This document shows positions 38,352 to 49,598 of a stretch of 64,000 nucleotides of DNA, piece by piece. The notes below the pieces were generated by a model. That model did not search any database. It worked only from the letters and a program-made list of their open reading frames with translations, and had not been told where the DNA came from. Position 1 is the stretch's first letter. The number at the start of each line of letters is the position of its first letter. Source of the DNA: an uncultured Verrucomicrobiae bacterium (GTDB taxonomy: Bacteria; Chlamydiota; Chlamydiia; Chlamydiales; Rhabdochlamydiaceae); NCBI GenBank assembly GCA_963806855.1, contig CAWDYW010000002.1, positions 96,001 to 160,000 of the forward strand. Direction: 5' to 3'. Both the position numbers and the translations under genes were made by a program.

Positions 38352-41150
38352 GTGTCGATTAAGTTCAATAGCGAAAAACCCTTTGATTCGCTCGCAATGT
38401 TCAGCAACGCCCAAGCCTATTTGACCGATGAACAAAAGGACAGCTTTGGGTTAGAGGTTAGTCAATTTTTCTCTGAAAAAGGATACATGGATCAGTCTAT
38501 CCCAATTCCTGCAGAATATAGAGAAAGAGTTCTGGATGATTTGGCCATTCTCCTCGGAATCAAAGCGCTCGCCCACCCTGAGAAAATGCGCACCCTGGCC
38601 GCTGTTGAAAAAGTCACAGGTTGTCACTTCTCTGGACTGAACAGAAAATTCCAAGTTTATCCACTTGAAGTGGAGCGCGGCGGGAAGCTTGCTACTCGCT
38701 GGGGTTGGGTGAGTGCAGAGGCTTGTATAGAATCAGTTCTAAAAGAGCCCTCTATCACTCAGAATGCCGAAGGATTTGATCCTAATGGGGCCATCATCCG
38801 TCATGATCAACCTATCCTTACAGAACATGAAACCTATAACAAACAGTTCATCCCAGCGCCTACTCAAAAGTCCTCTACTGAAAGCGTAGCCTTCTCTCGT
38901 TTATTTAATCCTGAACAACCATTTGAATCTATCGCCCGATTTTCTGATCGGTTCGCCATATTGAATCATACCGAGCAAAAGTCAATGGTTGTGACTATTC
39001 GGAACTTCTTCATTTCAAAGGCATTAGAGGGTCAAACAGTCGAATTGCCAGAAAATTATCGAGAACGGTTCAGCAAAGTAGATTTGAAGTTACTAATCGA
39101 TCTTTTACATGATACATTCCCCGATTCAGAAAATAAAGAATTAGAGAAACACAGGTTCATCGCGGCTGTCCAAAAAGTCACTCAACTACAGTTCACCTCT
39201 CTTAAGAAAGAGGACAGAGTCTATCAGACAGTAATGGACTATAAGACTGCCCATTCAGTTGCCCACGACAAGTTCTCGGGGTGGCTAAGACATGGCGATG
39301 TAGCGAGAACATTCACTGCAGAAGAAGAGAACTGCGGCTATGTGAAAGCCCAGCCCATTCATTTAGAGGGGATGACCCCATTACTTGCCCTTACATTGCA
39401 ACAATTCCAATATCGATCCCCTAACCTAGATGCCGTCGAAGTAGCAGGAAAAGTCGAATCTGCAATTGCCTTGTTGTGCCTTGCAAGAGAATATTCGTGG
39501 ACCAAGCTTCGAGGAGAAATTGAGGGCAAGTTGAACTCCGTGGAGAGATCTTCGAAATTCCAGACCTCCGTTGCACGAATGCTCCATCGAAGTGGCGTAC
39601 ATGAAGCGATGAAAGATATTGGTATCGAGATATTAAGACCCGATACGGAGTATCTCTCGGATGAGGCACTCTACCAATTATTGAGATATAATCTTACCTT
39701 TTTAGACAGCTCTAATTTTGATTCCATCATAGGTGTCTCTATTGGAGAGAAAAAACCCAACTTAAAAGCCTTAATCCGCTACAGGAAAGAAATTCAAAAT
39801 GGGGAGCTGTCCAAGCAAATTGATGAGTATATAGTTGATTATTTTGTAAGGCTTACTTTCAATTACGAGTATCTTCAAGATAAAATAAAAAAATTCATTG
39901 CCGATAGAATTGAAAGCGTATTCAGAGCTTCTGAGCCTATTGAATTAGCTGTTCAGTTGGATAAACAACTACAGTCGTATAGTTTTTCAGAAGAAGAGCG
40001 CATTAAGTTAGCTAAATTTTTTGACACACCAGAGGTTCGTCAATTTTTTATAGATGCTAGTAGCAGAGAAAAACTAGATGATTTAATAAATGGTATTGGA
40101 ACTTTCTTTCAGGTATTGCAGCCATCCATTGAACGGTTTATAGAGGCTTCTTGTAACTGGCAAGAGCGTGCTGATTCATGCCCGGTCGAATTTTCTTCAG
40201 CTCTAAATGACTTAATTGGGATAGTCAGCAAGCGGTATCAAGATAAAAAGGCAAGAGTCGAGCAGGTATTAGTTGCCTTTGAGAATTGCTTTGGTAGCCG
40301 CTCCTATGGTGATAATAGAACCCCACTCGAAATGTTTTTTAAAGCACGTTGTAATCCAAATGGGAGATTTGATGAAACTCTTAAATCATACCTTTCCGAA
40401 GTCACTATTGCAGGAAAAAGTGCTAAAATGATTTGTACAATTTTAGCAAGGGAAGATTTCTGCGCATTCCTAGCTGAAAATGATATCCCTCCTTCCGCTC
40501 TTCAGCTATTCGGACAATTTTTAGAAAGTCAATTCACAAGAAATAAAGTTTGCGAATGCATAGAACAGCTGGCAAAATCGCTTTCTTATAAGAAATCACG
40601 ATCGGATCAATTGAGTAACGTAGAGGCATTTTTAAAAGGATGGAAATCTCTGCCAGAAACAACACCTCAAGAAAATGCTTCCTCTTGTTTATTTGTGATT
40701 CATGACCAATATGACCGTGCTAAAGAACTACTCATGAGTCTTTCTTTATTAGAAGACCCGAATATCGTGCATCTTGGTCTTGAGCGCTCTGTTATTGAAA
40801 TGCATATAAATATCTTAGAAAGAGCATGTTTCATCAGGCGATTCCTAGATACTTTTATTGCTGAAGATAAAAGTGACCTTAAGTTTTTTTTCTATCAACG
40901 CATGCCAGATCATAAACACATTTCCAAGTATGATGTTGAGAGCTTTGATAAAGAAGTGCAGAAAATTCCCTTTCAGGATGCTGAAGAGCTCCTGAGCGCT
41001 TTAACTAAGGAAGAAGCCCATACACTATTTGCCGAGTACAATTTCTTGCCGCAAAAAGAGTTCTTTGAGACAAGGCTAAAGGCATACATTGCGACCAAGC
41101 CAATTGAAGTTGCCAAACCTCCCGAGCAGGGTAAAGGCTGGCTCTGGTAA
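38352..41150 (+). CDS. Large effector-like hypothetical protein (932 aa) with a duplicated N-terminal domain
   Basis: Long AT-richer ORF, GTG start after AAGGA; internal repeat. Confidence 0.8.
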   Translation: MSIKFNSEKPFDSLAMFSNAQAYLTDEQKDSFGLEVSQFFSEKGYMDQSIPIPAEYRERVLDDLAILLGIKALAHPEKMRTLAAVEKVTGCHFSGLNRKFQVYPLEVERGGKLATRWGWVSAEACIESVLKEPSITQNAEGFDPNGAIIRHDQPILTEHETYNKQFIPAPTQKSSTESVAFSRLFNPEQPFESIARFSDRFAILNHTEQKSMVVTIRNFFISKALEGQTVELPENYRERFSKVDLKLLIDLLHDTFPDSENKELEKHRFIAAVQKVTQLQFTSLKKEDRVYQTVMDYKTAHSVAHDKFSGWLRHGDVARTFTAEEENCGYVKAQPIHLEGMTPLLALTLQQFQYRSPNLDAVEVAGKVESAIALLCLAREYSWTKLRGEIEGKLNSVERSSKFQTSVARMLHRSGVHEAMKDIGIEILRPDTEYLSDEALYQLLRYNLTFLDSSNFDSIIGVSIGEKKPNLKALIRYRKEIQNGELSKQIDEYIVDYFVRLTFNYEYLQDKIKKFIADRIESVFRASEPIELAVQLDKQLQSYSFSEEERIKLAKFFDTPEVRQFFIDASSREKLDDLINGIGTFFQVLQPSIERFIEASCNWQERADSCPVEFSSALNDLIGIVSKRYQDKKARVEQVLVAFENCFGSRSYGDNRTPLEMFFKARCNPNGRFDETLKSYLSEVTIAGKSAKMICTILAREDFCAFLAENDIPPSALQLFGQFLESQFTRNKVCECIEQLAKSLSYKKSRSDQLSNVEAFLKGWKSLPETTPQENASSCLFVIHDQYDRAKELLMSLSLLEDPNIVHLGLERSVIEMHINILERACFIRRFLDTFIAEDKSDLKFFFYQRMPDHKHISKYDVESFDKEVQKIPFQDAEELLSALTKEEAHTLFAEYNFLPQKEFFETRLKAYIATKPIEVAKPPEQGKGWLW

Positions 41151-41194
41151 ATTATTCCTTAGCAAATTTTCCCCTTTCGTGCAGAATCCAAATT

Positions 41195-41926
41195 ATGCAT
41201 ACCGAAAAGATTCCTTACCTTCAGGGTGAGACAAAATGTCTTGGGTTTTTGGCCTATGACGATCGTGTCAAAGCGAAACGGCCTGCCATTCTTGTGACCC
41301 ATGCCTGGCGCGGGCAAGATGATTTTGCTAGGGCAAAAGCCATTGAATTGGCCGAGCTAGGCTATGTGGCCTTTGCAGTCGATCTTTATGGCAATGGTAT
41401 CTCGGTAACAGATGATGAGGCGGCTCAATATATGGTGCCCCTGTTTCTCGATCGGGCACTTTTGCAGGCCCGCATCGGCGCTGCCTATGAGTGTGCTCGA
41501 AAACTCCCGCCTGTCGATCCAGCGAAGATCGGTGCGATCGGTTTTTGCTTCGGCGGATTGACCGTCTTCGAGCTGCTCCGCTCCGGTGTCGATCTGAAAG
41601 GAGTGGTCTGTTTCCATGGGGTGTTTGCGAATGAGCGTGAGGGGATCAAAGCCAAAACAGTGCCGATCAGTCCCAACGCCAAGGGGAGCTTGCTCATATT
41701 GCAAGGGGAGCAAGATCCGCTCATCACAGTCCTCGATCTGCAAAATGTGCAGAAGGAGATGACCAAAGCGGGGATCGACTGGCAGATTCACCTGTATGGC
41801 AATACGATGCACGCCTTTACCAATCCGGCCGCCAACAACCCGAAAAATGGGGCGATGTATAGCCAGAGAGCGACGCAGAGGGCCTGGCGCTCGATGCAAA
41901 ATTTCTTCGGAGAGGTCTTTAGTTAA
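41195..41926 (+). CDS. Dienelactone hydrolase family protein
   Basis: GFCFGG nucleophile motif, HAFTNP. Confidence 0.93.
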   Translation: MHTEKIPYLQGETKCLGFLAYDDRVKAKRPAILVTHAWRGQDDFARAKAIELAELGYVAFAVDLYGNGISVTDDEAAQYMVPLFLDRALLQARIGAAYECARKLPPVDPAKIGAIGFCFGGLTVFELLRSGVDLKGVVCFHGVFANEREGIKAKTVPISPNAKGSLLILQGEQDPLITVLDLQNVQKEMTKAGIDWQIHLYGNTMHAFTNPAANNPKNGAMYSQRATQRAWRSMQNFFGEVFS

Positions 41927-43307
41927 TGGCCTATCCAAAGTTACAGCGCGGTTTAAAGTCACGCCACCTCAGCATGATTGCGCTGGGGGGGATCATCGGC
42001 TCCTCCTATTTCCTCGGAACCGGTTATGTGCTCAAACAGGTGGGCCCCGCTGCCTTCCTCGCCTATATTTTGGGAGGCTTCATCTCCTATTTGACCCTAG
42101 CTTGTTTGGCTGAGCTTGCGGTCTCCTCACCGTCACAAGGCTCATTTGTCAATTCGGCCGCGCGCTATATTTCTCCTGCTTGGGCCTGCGGCGTCGGGTG
42201 GTCCTATTGGTTCAACTGGGTGATCTATATCCCTTCGGAATGCATCGCCGGCGGACTCATCATGTCGAGTTTCGTTCCCGAAGTGCCGACCTATATGTGG
42301 GCAATGCTCTTTGGCGCGATCATCTCTTGGATCAACCTCTCTCATGTGAAGGCCTTTGGCGAGCTGGAATTTTGGCTCTCGCTCATCAAGATCGCCCTGC
42401 TGATTGGGTTTTGCATTCTGGCCGTTTTGATTTTTTTCGGATGGATTGGTCCTTCCACACATGAGCCAATCGGCACCAAGTATATTTTTGGCGATGGGGG
42501 GCTATTCCCCAACGGCTTCCTCGTCCTGTTTATCAACATGGTGATTTTGATGGCCAACTTCCAAGGGTCAGAAATCATCGGACTGACCGCTTCGGAATCG
42601 GAATCTCCAAAAAAAGCGATCCCCGCAGCACTCCAAAAGGTGGCCATCCGGATCATTGGACTCTACGTGATCCCGACGTTTCTCCTCGTCCTGATTTTGC
42701 CATGGCAAGAGGGGAGTGTACAGGGGAGCGCCTTCTCGCTCGCCTTGAAGAAATATGGGCTCACCCACGTAGCGCACGTGTTCAGCTTTCTGATCATCAC
42801 CGGATCGATTTCGAGTGCCAACAGCGGCCTCTACGCGACGATCAGAACCCTACTAGCCTTATTGAGAGGAGGATGGGCCCCAAATTTTTGACCCATGTGA
42901 ACAAAACCGGCGTCCCCACCTATGCCACTTTTGCGACGATCGCCGCTGTATGGATTTTGCTCATTTCGGCTTCAATGTTTCCCGCTCCAAATCTCTACGC
43001 CATGCTGCTGGCCACCTCAGGATTTACCGGGACCATTTGTTGGATTTCGATCTGCTGGGCACAGATTCGCTTCCGTCATCATTATCGAGAAAAGGGAGTG
43101 AAATTGACCTATAAAGTCCCTTTTTTCCCTTACCTGACCCACATTTCGATTTGGCTGCAAGTGGGAACCCTGTTAGTCGTCCTGCTAGAGCCACAGTTGC
43201 GTCCCGCCTTCTATTTTGGGGCCCCGGCGGTGATTGTGCCCATTCTTTGGTACAAGTGGAAGCATTCAAAATTAATAAATAAGAGGAGTCACCATGAAGG
43301 TAATTGA
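41926..43307 (+). CDS. APC-family amino acid permease (one frameshift near 42865)
   Basis: LQRGLKSRHLSMIALGGIIG, FGELEFW, SSANSGLY. Confidence 0.92.
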
Positions 43308-44956
43308 AGCGCTTGCATCAGCAATTGCAGCCGAGGGCATTGATCACGTTTTCGGCGTCATGGGCGATGCCAATCAGGATATGATTGTGGAATTGTGCGA
43401 AAAGCATGGCCTTAAGTTCGTTCACACGCATCACGAAACCAGCGCCGTCGGCATGGCGGACGGTTATACGCGCTTCTGTGGCAAGATAGGCCTTGCCACC
43501 ACCACGCAGGGCCCAGGCTATACCAACGCAACGACCTCTCTGGTGTCGGCTCGACTGCATCGATCGCCCGTATTGATGTTGGCAGGCCACACCTCATTGC
43601 GTGATCCCTACAATCCGCAAGGCATGGTCGATCAGCACGCACTGGCGAAGCTCACAACCGAAGCGACAGTGACAGTCAAGCACTCGAGCAATGTGGATTA
43701 CTGCCTTGGTGAAGCTTTCCGCCAGCTCAAAGCTAGGAAAGGTCCGTTTGTCTTCAACATGCCGCAGGACATCATGCAGACTGTCCTGCCAGATCAAAAA
43801 TGGACCTATCGTCCGATGTACAAGACGAAGGCGTTGCAGCCGCCGCGCCCGGATGACGTTGCCGAAGCTGCCAAGATCGTGTCTGGCGCTAAACGACCAA
43901 CCATTCTTTGCGGGCTTGGCGCCGCTCGGGGAAAGGCCGAGCCAGAGGTCCGGAAATTGGCCGAATATCTCGGCGCGCCAGTGGCCACGTCACTGCTGTC
44001 AGCAGGGTTTTGTTCACAGTATCCGCTTTATCTGGGCATCAGCGGCGGCCTGGGCTCAGAGCTTACAGTTGATGTGCTGGCCGAAAGCGATGTCATGATC
44101 GTCGTGGGGGCGAGCTTGAATGAGTGGACGACGCACTTCGGCAAGATCCTCGAAAATGGCAAGAAAATTATCCAGATCGATGACCGAGAGGATGCGTTCG
44201 GATGGTTTGCGCGGATTGCAGTCGGCCTGGAAGCTGACGCGAAAGTGGCCGTCGCGGCGTTGCTCGATCGGCTGAAGGAGAGCGGCAAGCCGGATCGCAA
44301 ACCGGATGCGGAGACAGTACAGAAAATCAAGCAATGGAAGCCGGCGACCGTGAATTACGACGACGGCAAGTGGGTCGACCCGCGCCGCGCTGCCGCCTAT
44401 CTGGAAGACAAGCTGCCGAAACGGGATCGCATTCTTGTTTTCGACGGCGGGCACTCTGCAATGGTAACCTGTCAGGCTATGAGCAGCCCCAACGCCTGAG
44501 AACTGGTCGATCGGACTGGATTTCGGAGCCATTGGGCAAGGCTTAGCCATTGCACTCGGCGCCTGCTTTGCGCGACCCGGCAAGCGAGTTACCCATCTCA
44601 CCGGGGATGCCTCGTTCATGATGAATGTGGCCGATTTCCATACCGCGGTCAGCCACAATCTGCCGCTCACCGTTTTCGTGTTCAACGACAACGCTGTCGG
44701 GCAGGAGCGGCATGACCTTGTCCACAAGGGCTTCCCGACGAAATATGCGGAAGTCGCTCAGCCAGATTTCGAAAAATTGGCCGTCGGTTTTGGCGCCAAG
44801 GGCTTTAGAGTCAACCGGCCCGAGGATTTCGGCGAGATCGACAAAGCGCTTGCCGTCGAAGAGGGGCCGGTGATCGTCAACGTGCGCATCAACGGTGATG
44901 TCGAATTGCCCGTCAGCTGGGAGATTGCGAAGGCCCTCGAAAACACCGGAGAATAG
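43294..44956 (+). CDS. Thiamine-pyrophosphate enzyme, acetolactate synthase-like (one frameshift near 44495)
   Basis: HHETSAVGMADGY, QGPGYTN, TPP motif GDASF...NDN. Confidence 0.9.
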
Positions 44957-45151
44957 TCCGACTTGACCTAAGACCGAAAAGAGCCCATTTCAACCTTCGA
45001 AATTCTAGTGCTTTTTTCTGTGAATTTCCCTATCATGTTTACCTGCGAGTAGTTGAGTCAAATTAATTGTTTTTCATTTGAAAATTTTGGCTATTTATTA
45101 TATAATTAATATAAATTAATTAAAAGAAAACTAAGTTCAGGAGATATTTTT

Positions 45152-46786
45152 ATGATGAGTGCAGTTTTAGGCTCAGGCAACCAACGTCTATGCTGGAGTA
45201 CGCTTTCAATAACTCAAAGGGAAACGGGCATCTCGCCGGAGCTATTGAGCGAGCTGGAATTTGACATTCCTCTAGAAAATTGGTCTCCTGAGAGAGAACA
45301 ACAGGTGAGAAACTTTTTTGCAGGCTGTCTGCTGGCAGCTTCAGCAGAGGAGTATCATCGACACGTATGGAGTCTTATCAACTCGTCGATGCTCCCCCTA
45401 CCTGTCAAGGCTATTGCCGAAAAAACTCTAAAAGTAGCGAGACTTCAAGAAATGACGATCCCCAGAGATGGAAGAGGTGAATACGAAGGCCCTGATTTTG
45501 AAGGTGTGGGCTGTGGGCATGAATATTGCGCTTACGAAGAAAAATTTGGATCTTGTTATAACAATTTAATTAACGAAGGCCTTGCACATTTAATGCACCC
45601 TGCGAGAATTGAAAAGCTGTTAAATAGTGGATTTATTAACAAAGACGATATTCTCTTGGCCGAAAGATTAATCTCTTACCGCTGTTATGGGGACCTTGGC
45701 TTTCGAGTTTCTGAACACGAGAGAGAGCTTATGCACATACAGCAGGAGCGGGATGATCTTGCTGCACAATTAACAACTCTTACTGAGCCAAATTATGTTG
45801 CAAACTTGCGAGAGGAGGACCTGTATTTAATACATGATACACCTTGCCGAAAATATGTGTGTGAGATCTTCAATAGCCTTCGTGAGCAAAACAAACTTCA
45901 CTTGCTCGATTTACCAGAAAATGAACTCTACGTGTACAAATGCAAAGGCGAGCTAGGGGGCCCCGTGCATCAGGAACTCGAGCGCTGGGCAAAGGCTTAC
46001 ATGAAAGAAATTGGTATGGGTGGTCTCCATTTTGGGGCAGTAGTGAAGCATCTTAAATCTTTAGCGAAAGGAGATCTTAACGCCCTTAAACGTCAATGTA
46101 TTGACGATGGATTAAGCGATCTCAATATGTCAATTGAATTTAAAGAAGGACAATTACATGAAGCCAAACAAAATTTGGCAAGCAGTTTGTCTCAGTTATC
46201 AACCTCTGGTGAACAATATCTTCCAGGAGACTTCTCCTTTTTAGGAGATGAAACAGTATGTAGAATCCTCACCAACGCTTATAAAGTTGTCGAGAAACTA
46301 CAGGCATGGTCGTTCTTTGATCTGGAGCCTCCGGCTGGTGACAAAGGATATATATTTTGCGATCATCCTATGGTAACTGCCATTAACTATGAGCTACGAT
46401 CTGATCGCCATACAGGAGTCTCTATGGGATTTTGTATGAGATGGATGCAAAAAATACGTAAAGAGGGCTGGAGCACTGTTGTTAATAAATCTCTCTCCAG
46501 TAATGTGGCAGGTTTGGGGATGCTAGAGCTCATGCGTGCCAAAGTTAATGAGATTGAAATCCAGGATGATGAAAGCGTTCCCGTTAAATTTCTTTGCCCC
46601 ATCACCGGAGAGTTGATACGCGATCCTGTCATTGCAATTGATGGACACACATATGAAAAATCGGCCCTTCTAATGTGGTTAGAACGTAATCCTAGCTCGC
46701 CAATTACGAGAAAGCCAATGACAAAAGATGATTTTAGACCCAATTATCATCTGCTTTCCGAAATTCAAAAGTGGGCAAAAAAATAA
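45152..46786 (+). CDS. Effector-like protein with a C-terminal U-box
   Basis: FLCPITGELIRDPVIAIDGHTYEKSAL..W...SSPITRKPM; AGGAG RBS. Confidence 0.9.
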   Translation: MMSAVLGSGNQRLCWSTLSITQRETGISPELLSELEFDIPLENWSPEREQQVRNFFAGCLLAASAEEYHRHVWSLINSSMLPLPVKAIAEKTLKVARLQEMTIPRDGRGEYEGPDFEGVGCGHEYCAYEEKFGSCYNNLINEGLAHLMHPARIEKLLNSGFINKDDILLAERLISYRCYGDLGFRVSEHERELMHIQQERDDLAAQLTTLTEPNYVANLREEDLYLIHDTPCRKYVCEIFNSLREQNKLHLLDLPENELYVYKCKGELGGPVHQELERWAKAYMKEIGMGGLHFGAVVKHLKSLAKGDLNALKRQCIDDGLSDLNMSIEFKEGQLHEAKQNLASSLSQLSTSGEQYLPGDFSFLGDETVCRILTNAYKVVEKLQAWSFFDLEPPAGDKGYIFCDHPMVTAINYELRSDRHTGVSMGFCMRWMQKIRKEGWSTVVNKSLSSNVAGLGMLELMRAKVNEIEIQDDESVPVKFLCPITGELIRDPVIAIDGHTYEKSALLMWLERNPSSPITRKPMTKDDFRPNYHLLSEIQKWAKK

Positions 46787-46833
46787 AGATTATGGTTTTA
46801 CGGGTCGGCTCGAAGCACTCTTGAACGAGTTTA

Positions 46834-46919
46834 AACGCAAAGACGCAAAGACGCAAAAAATAAATTGTTTTTTTAAAAATTCCTTTTTTTGCGTCTTTGC
46901 GCCTTTGCGTCTTTGCGTT
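46834..46919. repeat. Palindromic CGCAAAGA-unit element (copy 2)
   Basis: AACGCAAAGACGCAAAGACGCAAAAAA ... TTTTTTTGCGTCTTTGCGCCTTTGCGTCTTTGCGTT. Confidence 0.88.
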
Positions 46920-46921
46920 GA

Positions 46922-47791
46922 TTAGGGTTTTACGGACCGGCTCTCAAACACGATCCAGAGGCCCGCTGCGACGATCAGCGCCATCCCGATGTAGAACATC
47001 GTATCAGGCACCACCCCCCAAAAGAGCCACTCGTAGAGCCCTGAAAAGACAACTGCGGAATAGGCGATAGGGGCAAGCTGGCGTGCTTTGCCAAGTTTTA
47101 GCCCATAAAATAGCCCGATTTGACCTAGGACCGAAAAGAGGCCGATCGACACGAGTCCTGCCAAAGTCCAAAGATTGTCCACTTTCCAGTTGGCAATCGC
47201 AAACGGGGCGGTGAGAAGAAGTCCGATCCCAAAAAAGTAGAAGGTGAACGTATAGAAAGATTCATGGCGGGTGCTGACGCGGGTGGTGACTAGCGAAATC
47301 GCCAGACAGATGCCCGACAAAAGGCCATAGAGGATCCCTAAATTCGCCTGCAATTTGGTCGGCTGGAGGATGAGAGCCACTCCGACAAACCCGAGGATAA
47401 TGGCGGGCCACACCTTGATATCGAGCGGGATCTTCAGCCATAGAAGAACGACGAAGGGGACGATGAGGGGAGCAGTATTGTTTAGCAAAGTGGCATCGAC
47501 GAGGGATATCTTCTGAATGCTTAAGAAAATGAAATAGAGATTAAGCAGCCCCATGATCGAGCGGAGCAAAAGGGCTTTGACGTTTTTCACTTCGAGTCCC
47601 TTGGGCCAGTGTTTGGCGATCCAGGGGAGGGCGACAACAAAGCCGAGGATGTTTCGAAAAAAGAGAATCGTTGAGAGATTGGTGTGATCCCCAAGCAACT
47701 TGCCGGCGGTGTATAGCGAGCTAAAACAGAGCCAGGCGAAGAGGCAGAGGATGATTCCCTTTTTTAGATTGTGATGGTGAAACAGCTCCAC
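46922..47791 (-). CDS. EamA/DMT family transporter
   Basis: About 10 TM segments, LFFRN, TLLNNTAP, LGFVGVALILQP. Confidence 0.92.
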   Translation of the reverse strand: MELFHHHNLKKGIILCLFAWLCFSSLYTAGKLLGDHTNLSTILFFRNILGFVVALPWIAKHWPKGLEVKNVKALLLRSIMGLLNLYFIFLSIQKISLVDATLLNNTAPLIVPFVVLLWLKIPLDIKVWPAIILGFVGVALILQPTKLQANLGILYGLLSGICLAISLVTTRVSTRHESFYTFTFYFFGIGLLLTAPFAIANWKVDNLWTLAGLVSIGLFSVLGQIGLFYGLKLGKARQLAPIAYSAVVFSGLYEWLFWGVVPDTMFYIGMALIVAAGLWIVFESRSVKP

Positions 47792-48177
47792 TACCGCTCT
47801 TCCTCGAGTTTCAGCGAAATCGAATTGATGCAGTACCGTTTTCCAGTCGGTTTTGGCCCATCATCAAATACATGCCCCAGATGGCTGTGGCAATTTGAAC
47901 AGAGCGCTTCGACGCGGGGATAGCCTAATTTGTTGTCTTCGCTGAATTCAAGATGATCGGCTTGGCATGGACGGACGAAACTGGGCCAGCCGCTGCCAGA
48001 ATCATACTTGTCTTCAGAGAAAAAGAGCTCCTGGCCGCACGCTGCGCATCGATAGACCCCGCGGGTTTTTGTATGATAGTATTTGCCTGAAAATGGGGGT
48101 TCGGTCCCTTTTTTGCGCAAGACACGGTACTCCTCAGGAGTTAACCTCTCTTTCCATTCTTCTTCCGATCGTTCCAT
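47791..48177 (-). CDS. msrB: Methionine-R-sulfoxide reductase
   Basis: GTEPPF, DSGSGWPSF, HLGHVFDDGP, RYCINS. Confidence 0.98.
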   Translation of the reverse strand: MERSEEEWKERLTPEEYRVLRKKGTEPPFSGKYYHTKTRGVYRCAACGQELFFSEDKYDSGSGWPSFVRPCQADHLEFSEDNKLGYPRVEALCSNCHSHLGHVFDDGPKPTGKRYCINSISLKLEEER

Positions 48178-48215
48178 GATTGATATATAATAAAAAGTAA
48201 CTTAAAAGGATAGTT

Positions 48216-49598
48216 ATGATGCGTAAAGAGACTGATTCCCTTGGCGACGTTCAGGTGCCTGCTGATAAGCTTTATGGAGCTCAGACGCAGCGCTCATTCC
48301 TCAATTTTCAGATTGGATCTGAGCGGATGCCCATCGAAGTGGTGCACGCTTTTGGGTTCATCAAGAAAGCTGCTGCCATCGTCAATGCCGAGCTGGGGCT
48401 CCTCTCGAAAGAGAAGCGGGACCTGATCGTCGAGGCTTGCGACGAGCTGATCGCCGGCAAGCTCGATGAGCACTTTCCTCTGGTGGTCTGGCAAACAGGC
48501 TCCGGCACTCAGACGAACATGAACGTCAACGAGGTGATCAGCAATTGGTGCATCAAAAAGGTGGGGGGACAGCTCGGGAGCAAAACGCCGATTCATCCCA
48601 ATGACGATGTCAACAAATCGCAAAGCTCGAATGACACCTTCCCAACGGCGATGCACATCGCTGCGATCCGCAAGGCCTATAAAAGTCTGATTCCCCATCT
48701 CGAAATGCTCCGGGACGCCCTTTTAGAAAAGGCGAAAGCCTTCAAAGATATCGTCAAAATCGGCCGGACCCATCTGATGGATGCGACCCCTTTGACCCTC
48801 GGCCAAGAGTTTTCCGCCTACGCGATGCAGATTGAAAATGGGATCCGCGCTGTGAAAAATGCGATCCCCGCCATCAGTGAAATCGCCTTAGGGGGAACAG
48901 CAGTCGGCACCGGGATCAACACCCACCCCAAATATGCGAAGAGGGTGGCGGAGGTGATCTCCGAGCTGACCGGTTACAAATTTGTCTCTGCGCCAAACAA
49001 ATTTGAGGCATTGGCCGCCAATGATGCGGTTGTGGAGATGAGCGGAGCCCTCAAGAGGCTCGCTTGCTCCTATATGAAAATCGGCAACGACATCCGCCTC
49101 CTTGCCTCCGGCCCCCGCTGTGGAATCGGGGAGATCACCCTGCCAGCCAATGAGCCAGGCTCTTCCATCATGCCAGGCAAAGTGAATCCGACCCAATGCG
49201 AGGCGATGACCATGGTCGCAGCGCAAGTGCTGGGTTACGACTGCACCATCGGAATCGCCGGATCGATGGGACAATTTGAACTCAACGTCTTCAAGCCCGT
49301 GATGATCTATAATTTGCTCCAGTCAATGCGGCTGCTTGGCGATATGGCGAGGAGCTTTGCCGAGAAATGTGTCAAAGGGATAGAACCAAATCGGGCCCGG
49401 ATTGAGCAGCATCTCGAAAATTCTCTGATGCTCGCTACAGCCCTCAACACTGTGATTGGCTATGACAAAGCGAGCCAAATCGTGAAGAAGGCCTACGAAG
49501 AGCACAAAACCCTAAAAGAGGCAGCGATGGAACTGAAATTACTGACAGCAAAAGAATTTGATGAGATCGTCGATCCGCGTAAAATGATCGGAGGGTAA
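48216..49598 (+). CDS. fumC: Class II fumarate hydratase
   Basis: [27 protein letters not shown]. Confidence 0.98.
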   Translation: MMRKETDSLGDVQVPADKLYGAQTQRSFLNFQIGSERMPIEVVHAFGFIKKAAAIVNAELGLLSKEKRDLIVEACDELIAGKLDEHFPLVVWQTGSGTQTNMNVNEVISNWCIKKVGGQLGSKTPIHPNDDVNKSQSSNDTFPTAMHIAAIRKAYKSLIPHLEMLRDALLEKAKAFKDIVKIGRTHLMDATPLTLGQEFSAYAMQIENGIRAVKNAIPAISEIALGGTAVGTGINTHPKYAKRVAEVISELTGYKFVSAPNKFEALAANDAVVEMSGALKRLACSYMKIGNDIRLLASGPRCGIGEITLPANEPGSSIMPGKVNPTQCEAMTMVAAQVLGYDCTIGIAGSMGQFELNVFKPVMIYNLLQSMRLLGDMARSFAEKCVKGIEPNRARIEQHLENSLMLATALNTVIGYDKASQIVKKAYEEHKTLKEAAMELKLLTAKEFDEIVDPRKMIGG

